The notes: generated from the sequence alone by a model not told the origin. A stretch of 64,000 nucleotides of DNA from Candidatus Latescibacterota bacterium (GCA_965215195.1 CBDCDC010000002.1:1376001-1440000), one strand, 5' to 3'; counted from the stretch's first letter, positions 47,186 through 56,915 are shown. A program made the numbers and translations.

Positions 47186-48967
47186 ATGCCAATATATCAT
47201 AGCGCGATTTGGCGACTCTTGGGCTGCGCGTTGTTGTGGACCGCCTGCGGCGAAGACGCAACTGAGGCCCCGGCCCCCGCGCCCGAGTACGCCAAAGCAC
47301 CCGCTGCCGACTACGCGGTCGGGCGCGGCCGCAAGGAGGCCCCGGCGGTGCGCTTTGTCGATGTGACGCGAGAGGCTGGTCTCGAATTCAGGCACGAGAC
47401 CGGGGCACGCGGCGACAAGTGGATGCCGGAAACTATGGGCAGCGGCTGTGCGCTCTTTGATTACGACGGAGACGGCTGGCTGGACGGGCTCTTGGTCAAC
47501 AGCGAAGGCTGGCAGGGCGAAAAGGCCCCCGGCAAGCTCTACCGCAATCTCGGCAACGGCACCTTTGCCGACGCCACCAAGCGCACTGGCCTAGACTTTT
47601 CAGTCTATGGCATGGGCGCGACGATTGCCGACTACGACGCCGATGGCGACCCGGACATTTACCTGACGACCTTGGGGCCGAATCTGCTCTTGCGCAACGA
47701 CGCCGGCCGCTTTGTCGATGTGGCGCGGGAAGCGGGCGTGGCCGGCGCGGTCTGGCGAGACGATGCGGGCAACGAGAGTCCCGAGTGGTCCACGGGCGCG
47801 GCTTGGGTCGATGTGGATGGGGACGGCTGGCTGGATCTGTTGGTCACCAACTACGTGCGCTGGTCGCCTAGCACCGACATATACACCACGCTCGACGGCA
47901 AGGGAAAGTCCTACGCCACGCCGCAGCAATACCCCGGCTCAACGCCGCGGCTCTACCGCAATCTGGGCGAGGGGCGCTTCCGGGAAATAACCGCAGAAGC
48001 CGGTCTGCTTCTGCCCGAGGGCAAGTCCATGGGCGTGGCCATGACCGATTTTGAAGACGACGGCCGCATCGACTTGGTCGTCACCAACGACACCCAGCCC
48101 AATTTCCTGTTGCAAAATTTAGGTGGGGGCCGCTTCGCGGAGCGGGGTCTGGCCGCGGGCATTGGCTACGACGAGAGCGGGCGGGCGCGAGCGGGCATGG
48201 GCGTAGATATTGCATCGGTCGCCAACGACGGCGCACTTTCCATCGCCATTGGCAACTTCAGCCGCGAGGCACTCTCGCTCTATCGCCAAGCCGGCCGCGA
48301 GGTCTTCGTCGATGCTGCGGGCCGGGCTAGGCTGATGCAGGCGACGCTGCGGCCGCTGACCTTTGGGCTGCGCTTTTTCGACTGCGATCTCGACGGCTAC
48401 CAAGATCTGATCTTGGCCAATGGGCACATCGAGCCAGAGATCAACGCGGTGCAGAAGGAGATCGAGTACCAGCAAGCACCGCAGTTGTTTTGGAATGCCG
48501 GCGACGGGCGGATGGTCGAGGTGTCGGAGCAGACCGGCGGGCCGTTCCTCAAGCCAATAGTGGCGCGAGGGCTGGCCATCGGCGATATAGAAGCCGACGG
48601 CGACTTGGACGTGCTGCTGACGACCAATGGCGGCCCGGCCTATTTATTGCGCAACGAGGGCCCGACCGGCCGGGCGGTGGCTCTCGACCTAACGGGCAAG
48701 GCACCCAACCGCGACGCCATCGGCGCACAGGTGACGGCGCAAGTGGGCGAGCAGGCGCAGGTGTTCATGGTGCGTACAGGGTCTTCCTATTTGAGCCACA
48801 GCCCTACTACCCTGACCGTTGGCTTGGGCGCGGCCGATCAGATCGACCGCTTGGAGATTCGCTGGCCAGACGGGACGGTAGAAACTCTTGAACAGGTCGC
48901 GGCCGGAGCGCGCTACAAAATCGCGCAGGGCGAGGGGATTGTGGGGAAGAGGGCCTTTGTGCGGTAG
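47186..48967 (+). CDS. CRTAC1/ASPIC-UnbV FG-GAP repeat lipoprotein
   Basis: Lipobox-like LWTAC; DYDGDGWLD-type repeats; DAIGA.V, GSSYLS, GLG..., IRWPDG. Confidence 0.9.
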   Translation: MPIYHSAIWRLLGCALLWTACGEDATEAPAPAPEYAKAPAADYAVGRGRKEAPAVRFVDVTREAGLEFRHETGARGDKWMPETMGSGCALFDYDGDGWLDGLLVNSEGWQGEKAPGKLYRNLGNGTFADATKRTGLDFSVYGMGATIADYDADGDPDIYLTTLGPNLLLRNDAGRFVDVAREAGVAGAVWRDDAGNESPEWSTGAAWVDVDGDGWLDLLVTNYVRWSPSTDIYTTLDGKGKSYATPQQYPGSTPRLYRNLGEGRFREITAEAGLLLPEGKSMGVAMTDFEDDGRIDLVVTNDTQPNFLLQNLGGGRFAERGLAAGIGYDESGRARAGMGVDIASVANDGALSIAIGNFSREALSLYRQAGREVFVDAAGRARLMQATLRPLTFGLRFFDCDLDGYQDLILANGHIEPEINAVQKEIEYQQAPQLFWNAGDGRMVEVSEQTGGPFLKPIVARGLAIGDIEADGDLDVLLTTNGGPAYLLRNEGPTGRAVALDLTGKAPNRDAIGAQVTAQVGEQAQVFMVRTGSSYLSHSPTTLTVGLGAADQIDRLEIRWPDGTVETLEQVAAGARYKIAQGEGIVGKRAFVR

Positions 48968-49019
48968 AAAGATAACGTATTGGCAGTAAAAAGCCGTAAT
49001 GTGTGCTGATTGGACGAAA

Positions 49020-49208
49020 GTCAATCCATTGCTGGACCGTAGAACGGGAGAATGTCGCCAAGGGATCATAGTCAGCTTCGTGGCGTCGAACCTGCATAGC
49101 GACGAATTGCTCTCCGAAGGCTTGGATGTCAGCCGGAAATCTACTCATCACTTGTCGAATGTTGCATTGATTTTTAGCCTGACGGTGCTCCAAGGCTCGA
49201 TAGGTTTC
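49020..49208 (-). pseudogene. HEPN-like gene remnant
   Basis: YRALEHRQAK...FPADIQAF..QFV.MQ.RRHEADYDP; no 5' half. Confidence 0.55.
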
Positions 49209-50091
49209 AACCGATCAAGCGCCCCCTTTGGTCGTGGCTGACCTCGTCCGGGTCGTGCGGCCCGGAGCGGGCGCGCTTGGCCTCTCCTTGTTCGTAGCGG
49301 TGGCGCATTTCCGTCCGCCGCCAGCGCAAAAAGCTGCGTTCCTGCGCGTCGCGGTTGCGCACCGAAGCCGGGGCCGGGATTTCAATGGTGGCATAAGTGA
49401 TTTCGCTCACCCGGCGCGACAAAGCGACGATTTCTCCTTTGCTAATGACCAAGGTGACCCCGACGTTGGCCTCGACAATGGCGACGCCGTTTTCGCGCGC
49501 CCGGGCCAACACGGCGCGGTCTTGGGCCTTGGAGCGGGAGCCGAAGGAGGGAATGAGCAGGTACTGGGCCCCGTCGAGCACCGGGATGCGGGCGATGTCG
49601 GGATTCCAGCGGTCGTTGCAAATGAGGAAGCCGCAGCGGCCAAAAGGGGTGTCAAAGGCGCGGGCATGGGCACCGAGGCGATTGTACCACCAAGAGGGAT
49701 GATAGCCCTCGGCCAACTGCATTTTGTGGTACTTGCCGCGCAGGCGGCCCCGGTGGTCGATGAAGACAGCGCAGTTGTACACATCGTCGCCTATGCGCTC
49801 GGCCAAGCCAAAGGATAGGCATATTCCCAGTTCGCGGGCGAGGGCGCGGAAGCGGCCAATGACCGGGCCGCGCGTGGTGACGGCCACGTCCCGCATCCGT
49901 TCTTCTCGCTCTTCCCCAGCGATCAGTTCCATGACCACGTAGCCTTCCAGCACCCCTTCGGGTGCCAAGGCCAGTTGGGCACCGCCCTCGGCCGCAGTGC
50001 GGAACATGGCCTCCAAGCGGTCGGCGTTGTCGGCCAAGTCGAATTTTTTGGGTCGGAAGGAAATGGCGGCGACAGCTACGGATTGATACAT
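49207..50091 (-). CDS. Carbon-nitrogen hydrolase (nitrilase family)
   Basis: PE, YN, KYHK and ICND (E-K-C triad). Confidence 0.88.
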   Translation of the reverse strand: MYQSVAVAAISFRPKKFDLADNADRLEAMFRTAAEGGAQLALAPEGVLEGYVVMELIAGEEREERMRDVAVTTRGPVIGRFRALARELGICLSFGLAERIGDDVYNCAVFIDHRGRLRGKYHKMQLAEGYHPSWWYNRLGAHARAFDTPFGRCGFLICNDRWNPDIARIPVLDGAQYLLIPSFGSRSKAQDRAVLARARENGVAIVEANVGVTLVISKGEIVALSRRVSEITYATIEIPAPASVRNRDAQERSFLRWRRTEMRHRYEQGEAKRARSGPHDPDEVSHDQRGRLIG

Positions 50092-50103
50092 GGGTTTTGT
50101 CTC

Positions 50104-51480
50104 CTATTCTTCTCTGCGGCAAAAGCGCAGCGCGTACAGGTCGGCGTCGTACATGACAAAGCGCAAACGCACTGGCCGGCCGGCCAACGGGCCAACCTCA
50201 GCGCCCGATTTCCACTGCACAGCTAAATCCGTCTGATCCTGAAAGAGCGCGGGCGAGTCGGCCAGCGCTAGGCCGGGAAAGGGCTGGCCGCTTTCGTCTT
50301 GGACCTCAACGCGAATGCTGCCGGCCGCGGAAGTGGACATATTGAGCCGCAACTGATCGCCGCTGAAAATCAGGGGCTTGGTGGTGAACTGGCCGCCGCC
50401 ATAGGGCGCTTGCACCGAGGCAAAACCATCCAAGCGCATGGTCAGGCGGCGGATGCAGGAAGTGGCTAAGCGCCAGTGCTCGGTCATGTAGAGCGACAGC
50501 TCGGCCGGTCCGGTGCGCAGCAGGCCGCGCATGACGTACACGCTGCGGTCGTGCCAATTGCCGGGGTCGGGCCCCGGACGCACAAAGGCTTCGGGGAAGA
50601 GGCGGTCGAAGTGGAGGCCGTCGCGGCTGCTCATCAGCACGGCATCGTTGACCCCGGGATAAGGCCAGTCGGGCGTGGGGCTGCGGCTGTTGACAAAGCG
50701 CGAGGGAAACATCAGGTAGAGGCCGGGGGAACGCTCGTATGGGACGCAGGAATTGGTGTACAAGTGTTCTAGCGGCGCATCGCCGGTGTCGATGGCTTTG
50801 AGCGGACTCCAGTGGACAAAGTCGTCCGAAGTGGCGCGGCGGATCCAGCGCACCCCTTCCTTAAAGGCGCGGGTGGCGCCGTGGCCCAGTTCGCCGTCGC
50901 GGCGAATGCCGCGCGTGTACATGACGTACTGGCCGCTCCACGGGTCGCGGAAGGCGATATTGTGCGAGTCGAACGGGCCTTCGGTCTGCACGGGTTCGGG
51001 GTTTTTGCGCCAGTGCAGCCCGTCGGGCGAGGTCGCCGCGTAAATGGCACCGCGCCGGCCGATGCCTTTGTAACGCTCTTGAACCGGGGCTTCTACATCG
51101 AGGAACGGGGCGAAGTTGACTAGGTCGGGATCGTCGATAACCAAGTTGTTGGCCGTTGAGCCTTGGAAGTTGATGAGGCCCAGCGCTGGTTTGTGCCAAG
51201 TGATGCCGTCGCTGCTTTCGGCGTAGGCCGTGCAGGCCCTATCGGTTTTGTTGTTGTCGGCGTGGGGGATGCAGCGGTACCAGGCGCGGAAGCGGTCGCC
51301 GTCTTTGCAGAGCACGGCGTAGGCGAGGCCGCCTTCTTCATGGGGATGGTCGATGCGCACTGCGGCGTTGCGGCGCACGGGCGGGTGGAGGACTTGGCGG
51401 GCGTCTTGTAGCTCGTCGATGAGGCGGCGGTCGAGCAATAGTTGGCGGTCAGAGCCGATGGGTATAGGCGTGCCGGGCAT
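50104..51480 (-). CDS. Hypothetical glycoside hydrolase-like beta-propeller protein
   Basis: Asp-box-like repeats S.DGITW, SPDGLHW, SDDFVHW, SRDGLHF; RLDGFASV C-terminal region. Confidence 0.7.
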   Translation of the reverse strand: MPGTPIPIGSDRQLLLDRRLIDELQDARQVLHPPVRRNAAVRIDHPHEEGGLAYAVLCKDGDRFRAWYRCIPHADNNKTDRACTAYAESSDGITWHKPALGLINFQGSTANNLVIDDPDLVNFAPFLDVEAPVQERYKGIGRRGAIYAATSPDGLHWRKNPEPVQTEGPFDSHNIAFRDPWSGQYVMYTRGIRRDGELGHGATRAFKEGVRWIRRATSDDFVHWSPLKAIDTGDAPLEHLYTNSCVPYERSPGLYLMFPSRFVNSRSPTPDWPYPGVNDAVLMSSRDGLHFDRLFPEAFVRPGPDPGNWHDRSVYVMRGLLRTGPAELSLYMTEHWRLATSCIRRLTMRLDGFASVQAPYGGGQFTTKPLIFSGDQLRLNMSTSAAGSIRVEVQDESGQPFPGLALADSPALFQDQTDLAVQWKSGAEVGPLAGRPVRLRFVMYDADLYALRFCRREE

Positions 51481-51517
51481 GGTGGCCTCTAATTTTCAAT
51501 GGGTGTAAAACTAAAGT

Positions 51518-52042
51518 TCACGGTCGAAAAATTTTTAGATCGAGTTCGTTGATTTCACGGTAGTGTTTTCTATTGGCGGTACAAAGTGTTGAATGATGTT
51601 CAATAGCTGTTGCTGCAATCAAGGCATCTACCAGATACAGTGCTGTCTTCCATATATACAGACGCTCGGTGTCCGATGTTTTCAGTGAGAGGTAATGTCT
51701 GAAAGGCGTGATCAGTGAGGAAATTCTTGATCGTTTTTAATTCCTGCCGATTTCTAGCACCTTGCATAAATTCCATATACGCTTACTACACGACACCAGC
51801 CCTCAGCCTGCCAAGGATCGAGGGCATCTGGCCCTCGTCGAGGGCGGGACGCCCTCGATCCCGGACCCAGCGGAAACCGCAGAAAAGGCGTACTCAAAGT
51901 AAGGGGCACCTACTTTAGGTGGCGTGTACTAAGCCATATACGTAACAATTGATATCTGACGCTCATGAGCACTTTCAACGAGTTTTGCCGCCCCTTCATG
52001 GCCTCTGAAAACCCATATCACAACATCGGTATCAAAAATCAC
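51518..52042 (-). pseudogene. vapC: VapC (PIN) toxin pseudogene interrupted by a MITE and frameshifted
   Basis: MIFDTDVVIW...SIVTYM|EFMQGARNRQE...; DALIAATAIEH..LCTANRKHY is in a shifted frame. Confidence 0.85.
51782..51933. mobile_element. 152-bp MITE with internal REP-like inverted pair
   Basis: TIRs CTTACTACACGACACC / GGTGGCGTGTACTAAG (14/16); 9-bp TSD CCATATACG at 51773-51781 and 51934-51942; internal GGATCGAGGGC...GCCCTCGATCC at 51815-51861. Confidence 0.85.
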
Positions 52043-52276
52043 GCAAGCGGCCTTTTCTTAGATTGCGGACGTAAGCATCTACATCCGCTATATCTTTTCT
52101 GTCGCACCACATACCAAAAGCTTCGTGGTCTTTTACAGGTTTTTTTGTCCGCTGTCTGGTAGGGGACAAGATGGCTTTTCCTTGCCGCGATAAAAGATGG
52201 TGACCGATTCGTTGCGCTCGAGAGCGAGCAAAACGTCTTTCATGCGTCATCTCAAGTCGAGAATAGACGCTTTCAT
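52032..52276 (-). pseudogene. Phd/YefM-type antitoxin pseudogene (vapB)
   Basis: RBS AGGAGG; MKASILDLR*RMKDVLLALERNESVTIFYRGK, then frameshift to AILSP..AFGMW.DR...YVRNLRKGR. Confidence 0.8.
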
Positions 52277-52432
52277 AATTCCTCCTCAAAGTGAACACAT
52301 AGTGTGTGCAACTAAAAATAAAATGTCAAAAGAAAGTTCCTTGGCTTCTTCGACCCTTGCGCGGAACGCGGCCACAGGGGTAAAGGATCTATCCGCTTGA
52401 TGTTCGGACACTTATGTCCTAGTGTATGGGGT

Positions 52433-52612
52433 GTGAAAGGCAGAGAATTCGTAGATCGGGTTTTTGAGCTTGGCGCGGAGCGCACGGCGATACCAAACGC
52501 GGCAAAGGGAGCCACGTCACAACGGTAGGCGCAAGACCATCGTAAAAGATCGCCGCATCTTCTGTCCGCTATGATCCGTCAGCTTGGCCTCAACCGCAGC
52601 GACTTTCAATAA
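52433..52612 (+). pseudogene. hicA: HicA toxin pseudogene
   Basis: Fragments MKGREFVDRV, KRGKGSHVT, RKTIVKDRR and LLSAMIRQLGL are separated by apparent deletions that shift frame; upstream palindrome GGACA-CTTA-TGTCC. Confidence 0.75.
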
Positions 52613-52618
52613 GGTAGA

Positions 52619-53032
52619 ATGCAGTTTCGCTATCCCGCACGGCTTCAGCCCGATCGCTCGGGCGCGATCATCGTCTCGTTCCGGGACCTGTCCGGCACGG
52701 ACGAGGCCGCGGCCCTCATGGAGGCTCGCGACGCGCTTGAGGAAGCTATCGCCGGCCGCATTGACGACGACGAGCCGATCCCAGTGCCGAGTCGGCGGTG
52801 CGCTGGCGAACAGCTCATCGCCGTGCCGCCGGACATGGCTGCCAAGGCAGCGTTCGCGCTGGCGTTCCGCGCCAGTGAGCTGTCGCGCCTTGCCTTGGTG
52901 CGCCGCCTCGGCGTCGACGAGAAAGTCGTGCGTCGCATGCTCAATCCGCGGCACCACACGGCCGCCAACCGGATTCACAAGGCCCTATGCGCACTCGGTC
53001 AAGAGCTCATCGTGGAGTCGCGGGCGGCGTAA
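52619..53032 (+). CDS. hicB: HicB antitoxin (short in-frame deletion likely)
   Basis: YPARL, VSFRDL, A.DAL..AI...I....PIP.PS, C-terminal HTH. Confidence 0.85.
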   Translation: MQFRYPARLQPDRSGAIIVSFRDLSGTDEAAALMEARDALEEAIAGRIDDDEPIPVPSRRCAGEQLIAVPPDMAAKAAFALAFRASELSRLALVRRLGVDEKVVRRMLNPRHHTAANRIHKALCALGQELIVESRAA

Positions 53033-53083
53033 TGGTCGTCAATCGGCCTACCTTACCTCACTAACCAGTACCTTTAACGGGAG

Positions 53084-54649
53084 ATGAACATGGCACGTTT
53101 ACAAGACGTCAATACCACGGATGTGCGCAGCGCCATCGAATGGGGTTGCCGCACCATGTCGAGCGTCTTTAACGCCGACGACAACGATATACCCTTTTTC
53201 GGCTCGCGCGTGCGCCCCCGAGCTGAGCTGCGCTTCAGCGCCGCGCATTCGGAGGCCCACGTGCCCGGTCGCCACCTCAACGCCCTGCTCAACGCCGAGG
53301 ACGCCGCCGGCATTGCAGTAGATGAAGAAGCGATTGAAAAACACGCGGCCGCGGCGTTCTATTCGTACAGCGGCCCCATCGCCATGCCGCTCAACCGGGC
53401 CGAGTTGGGCGGTCCGCTGGTCAACTTCATCCCGCACAATATCCGCGAGGGCTTTCACGCGCTCTATCCGCTGGTGCAATACCGCGACTCGGACCAAGCA
53501 CGGCAGTTGGCTGAGGCCAGCATTGAGGCGTTTCGCCGCTATTGGAGCGCGGACAAAGGCTGGGACCGGCCAGCCCTGCAAGAGCTGGGGCTGGAGGCGT
53601 GGGAGAGTCTTTTCATTCCGGGGGAAGCCCGGGCCTTAGGGCCTTTGGTCAAGTACTATCGGGCTACGGGCTATGGGCCGGCGTTGGAGTTGGCTTTGGA
53701 ATTGGCCGCGAAGATCACGGGTGATTTTTTCGCCGCGGACGGCGGCCACGACCGGGAACTGCTGGGCGACCACACGCACTCGGTCACTTGCGTCATGTCG
53801 TCCTTGGCGCAATTGGCCGATCTGACGGGCGATGCGGCTCTCTTGCTGCGCGTCAAGGCTTTTTACGACAATGGCCTGTGGGCCATGCGCGACCCATTGG
53901 GCTGGGTCGTCGAAAGCACTCATCCCGATGCTCCGCCCGACCGCGGCGAGGTCAACAATACCGGCGATATCGTCGAGACCGCCCTAATCTTGGGGCGCTG
54001 GGGCTGGGGCGAGTACTTCCAAGACGCCGAGCGCATTGTGCGCGGCCATCTGCTGCCGGCGCAACTGCGCGACATTTCCTTCATCGACGATCCGCCCAAC
54101 CCCGAGGGCGTCGATGGCTTGCGCGATGTGGCCCAGCGGCACCGGGGGGCCTTTGGCTTTCCAGCGCCTTATGGGCACCAACCCGTAGAAGCCGATGCGG
54201 TGGGCTTCAACATGGATATTGTCGGCGGAGCGGTGGCGTCTTTGTGCGAGGTGTACCGAGAGATGGTGCGCAGCAGCCCGGCCGGGCATTGGGTCCATTT
54301 GCTCTTTGACCACGAGACCGAGGCCGTGCGCGTCGAATCCCCCTATACCCACGATGTCCTGCGCGTCGAGGCCAAGCAGCCGGGGCCTTTGTGGGTGCGC
54401 CTGCCCGGCTGGGTCGCGCCGTCTGATTTAGTGGTAACAGGGGCTGCGCGGCCGCGCATAGACAACGGATTCCTCTTTTTTGCCCAGCCGCCTTTGTACG
54501 CGCCGATTGAGATCCGTTTTGCCTTGGCCGAAGAAGAGTTGATGCTGCGGCATCGCACCCGTTCGATCCGCGCTCGACTGCGCGGCGACGAGGGGGTGGC
54601 GATGGATAACTTCGGCGCTGAGCTGACCTTTTTCCCGCCGTTTGATTGA
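53084..54649 (+). CDS. Hypothetical (alpha/alpha)-barrel glycoside hydrolase-like protein (GH127/146-like)
   Basis: Long ORF with RBS; HTHS, GEVNNTGD, ERIVR.HL..Q, VRLPGW. Confidence 0.6.
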   Translation: MNMARLQDVNTTDVRSAIEWGCRTMSSVFNADDNDIPFFGSRVRPRAELRFSAAHSEAHVPGRHLNALLNAEDAAGIAVDEEAIEKHAAAAFYSYSGPIAMPLNRAELGGPLVNFIPHNIREGFHALYPLVQYRDSDQARQLAEASIEAFRRYWSADKGWDRPALQELGLEAWESLFIPGEARALGPLVKYYRATGYGPALELALELAAKITGDFFAADGGHDRELLGDHTHSVTCVMSSLAQLADLTGDAALLLRVKAFYDNGLWAMRDPLGWVVESTHPDAPPDRGEVNNTGDIVETALILGRWGWGEYFQDAERIVRGHLLPAQLRDISFIDDPPNPEGVDGLRDVAQRHRGAFGFPAPYGHQPVEADAVGFNMDIVGGAVASLCEVYREMVRSSPAGHWVHLLFDHETEAVRVESPYTHDVLRVEAKQPGPLWVRLPGWVAPSDLVVTGAARPRIDNGFLFFAQPPLYAPIEIRFALAEEELMLRHRTRSIRARLRGDEGVAMDNFGAELTFFPPFD

Positions 54650-54700
54650 GGGTTTGGTCCCCGTGATATGGGCGATATATTATTGCCCGCGAGCATTTTT

Positions 54701-55372
54701 ATGACTACGGCCATTCTACTCAGCGGCGGCATGGACTCGACCACCTTGCTCTGGTGGCTGAAGGCGCGGCAACAAGGCCCCATCCACGCCATTAGCATTG
54801 ACTACGGCCAGCGCCACCGCGTCGAGCTAAAATGCGCCGCCCGGCTCGCCCGGCTCGCCGAGGTCGCGGCCCACGAGACGCTCGCGTTGGATTTGGCGGC
54901 CCTAGGAGGCAATCCCCTGACCGACCCCACGCTGGCCGTGCCCACGGCCGAGTCCAAACGCCAACGCGACACCGTCGTCCCCTTCCGCAACATGCTCTTT
55001 GCGACGCTAGCGGCTGCATACTGCGCAACAAAGGGCATTTTCGACCTGTACATGGCACCGGTCAAAGACGACTATCCGGCCTACCGCGACTGCCGTCGCC
55101 CCTTTTACGACAGCCTCGCACAGAGCCTGCGCTTGGGAGCGGGCCGCGCCGCGCCGTGGACGATCCACACCCCGTTTGTCGAGCTGTGGAAACGGGACGT
55201 CGTCGCTTATGGGATCAAGTTAGGCGTACCCTACGGGGAAACCCACACCTGCTATGAGGGCTTGCGGCCGGCCTGCGGCCTGTGCGACGCCTGCTGCGAG
55301 CGGGTCGCGGCCTTTGCGGCGAACCGAGCCTGCGACCCCTTGGCCTATGCCGCTGGTGACAAGACGCTGTGA
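54701..55372 (+). CDS. queC: 7-cyano-7-deazaguanine synthase
   Basis: SGGMDST, YGQRH, VPFRN, YRDCR, CY...CGLCDAC. Confidence 0.92.
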   Translation: MTTAILLSGGMDSTTLLWWLKARQQGPIHAISIDYGQRHRVELKCAARLARLAEVAAHETLALDLAALGGNPLTDPTLAVPTAESKRQRDTVVPFRNMLFATLAAAYCATKGIFDLYMAPVKDDYPAYRDCRRPFYDSLAQSLRLGAGRAAPWTIHTPFVELWKRDVVAYGIKLGVPYGETHTCYEGLRPACGLCDACCERVAAFAANRACDPLAYAAGDKTL

Positions 55373-56007
55373 CCGCCCGCGACATGCCAGCCGAAGAGCG
55401 CGTCGAGCGCCTGCCAGTATGGAGCGCGTCCGGCCGCGTCCTACAGGTCAACGAGATATTCTACTCGATTGAGGGCGAGGGCCTGCGCGTCGGCGAGCCT
55501 ACTACCTTTGTGCGCTTGGCGCGCTGCAATTTGCGCTGCCCGTTCTGCGACACCGAGTTCGACCGCTTCACCCCCATGGACATCGAGGCTATTGCCGCTG
55601 CGGTGGCGCACCATCCGGCCGAATGGGTGTGCTTGACTGGCGGCGAGCCGTTGGGGCAAAACCTAGTGGCGCTGGCCGGTCGGCTCAAGGAAGCTGGCTA
55701 CAAGCTCCACATTGAGACCAACGGCACGATCGCGCCCGATCCGGTGTTATTCGAGCGGATTGACCATTGGACTGTGTCGCCGAAGTGCTACCCGGTCGTC
55801 GCTGGTTTTGCGCGCATTACCGAACTCAAGTACGTCGTCGGCAAGGCTTTCCGCGAGGAGCGCGTCGAGGAGCACTTAGCCGACTACGTCTATTTGCAGC
55901 CCGAATCCTCTGAGCCGCGCTACGTGCGGAAGGCCCTTGCGATCCTCGAGCGCCATCCGCGCTGGCGGCTCTCCACCCGCATCCACAAGACGCTCGGCCT
56001 TCCTTGA
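55369..56007 (+). CDS. queE: 7-carboxy-7-deazaguanine synthase (radical SAM)
   Basis: EIFYSIEGEG, FVRL..CNLRCPFCDT, TGGEP, ETNG, SPK, LQP. Confidence 0.92.
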   Translation: MTARDMPAEERVERLPVWSASGRVLQVNEIFYSIEGEGLRVGEPTTFVRLARCNLRCPFCDTEFDRFTPMDIEAIAAAVAHHPAEWVCLTGGEPLGQNLVALAGRLKEAGYKLHIETNGTIAPDPVLFERIDHWTVSPKCYPVVAGFARITELKYVVGKAFREERVEEHLADYVYLQPESSEPRYVRKALAILERHPRWRLSTRIHKTLGLP

Positions 56008-56028
56008 GCAAACGTAAAAGGAGCTCCC

Positions 56029-56892
56029 ATGCCCGACGTAGCTGAAATTTACAAGTTCGACGAGCTTACCTGGCCCGAAGTCAACCAAGCCGTAGCCATG
56101 GGCAAAATCCCCATCATACCCACCGGCTCGGTCGAACAACACGGCCACCACCTCCCGCTCAAGGTGGATCACCTCTGCGCCAACGCAGTGGCGACCGAAG
56201 CCGCTCGTTTGCGGCCCGAACTTGCCCTCGTCCTCCCGCCGGTGAGCTACGGGTACGTCCACCACGTGATGGACTTCCCGGGTTCGCTCAACATTCACTA
56301 CGAGCACTTCGTCCAATACGTGCTCGACATTACCAAGAGCTTGGCCTATCACGGCTTCAAGAAGATGATCCTCGTCAATGGCCACGGCTCCAACCACAAC
56401 CTCGTGGACATGGTCGCTCGGCGCACCATCGTCGAGACCGACGCTAGCTGCACGTTTTGCTCGTGGTGGCATTTGCTGCGGGTGCATCCCGGCTTCGACG
56501 ACAAGTGGCGCGAGAGCGTTTATCCGGGCGGCTGCTCACACGCGGGCGAGCTGGAGACCTCAATGATGCTGTATCTCGCACCGGAGAGCGTGTGCAAGGA
56601 CGAGATCAAGAGCGAGATCGCCAAGACGAACAAGCTCGGCTCAAAGTTCGTGTACACCGACCTTTTCGGGCACGGGCCGATGGGCTTGATCGAGTGGACG
56701 AGTCAGTATTCGGATAGCGGGGTGATGGGCGAAGCGGAGAAGGCCACGGCCGAGAAGGGCAAAATCGTCTTTGAGGAGGCGAGCGGGAACTTGGCCGAAT
56801 TTATCGAGGAATACCACGCCATGAAAATTGAGCCGCGCACCCGCCATCAGGACCAAGAGCCGACCTTTCCGCTGTCGTTTCCGACGGATTAG
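56029..56892 (+). CDS. Creatininase family amidohydrolase
   Basis: GSVEQHGHHLP, FPGS, NGHGSN, HAGELETS. Confidence 0.92.
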   Translation: MPDVAEIYKFDELTWPEVNQAVAMGKIPIIPTGSVEQHGHHLPLKVDHLCANAVATEAARLRPELALVLPPVSYGYVHHVMDFPGSLNIHYEHFVQYVLDITKSLAYHGFKKMILVNGHGSNHNLVDMVARRTIVETDASCTFCSWWHLLRVHPGFDDKWRESVYPGGCSHAGELETSMMLYLAPESVCKDEIKSEIAKTNKLGSKFVYTDLFGHGPMGLIEWTSQYSDSGVMGEAEKATAEKGKIVFEEASGNLAEFIEEYHAMKIEPRTRHQDQEPTFPLSFPTD

Positions 56893-56915
56893 GGGAATGA
56901 AACGGCACTTGCGCC

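Noticed and set aside
54701-56007. Dpd (7-deazaguanine DNA modification) defence island
   Set aside because: No dpdA/tgt-like or other dpd genes; housekeeping queuosine synthesis is the simpler explanation.
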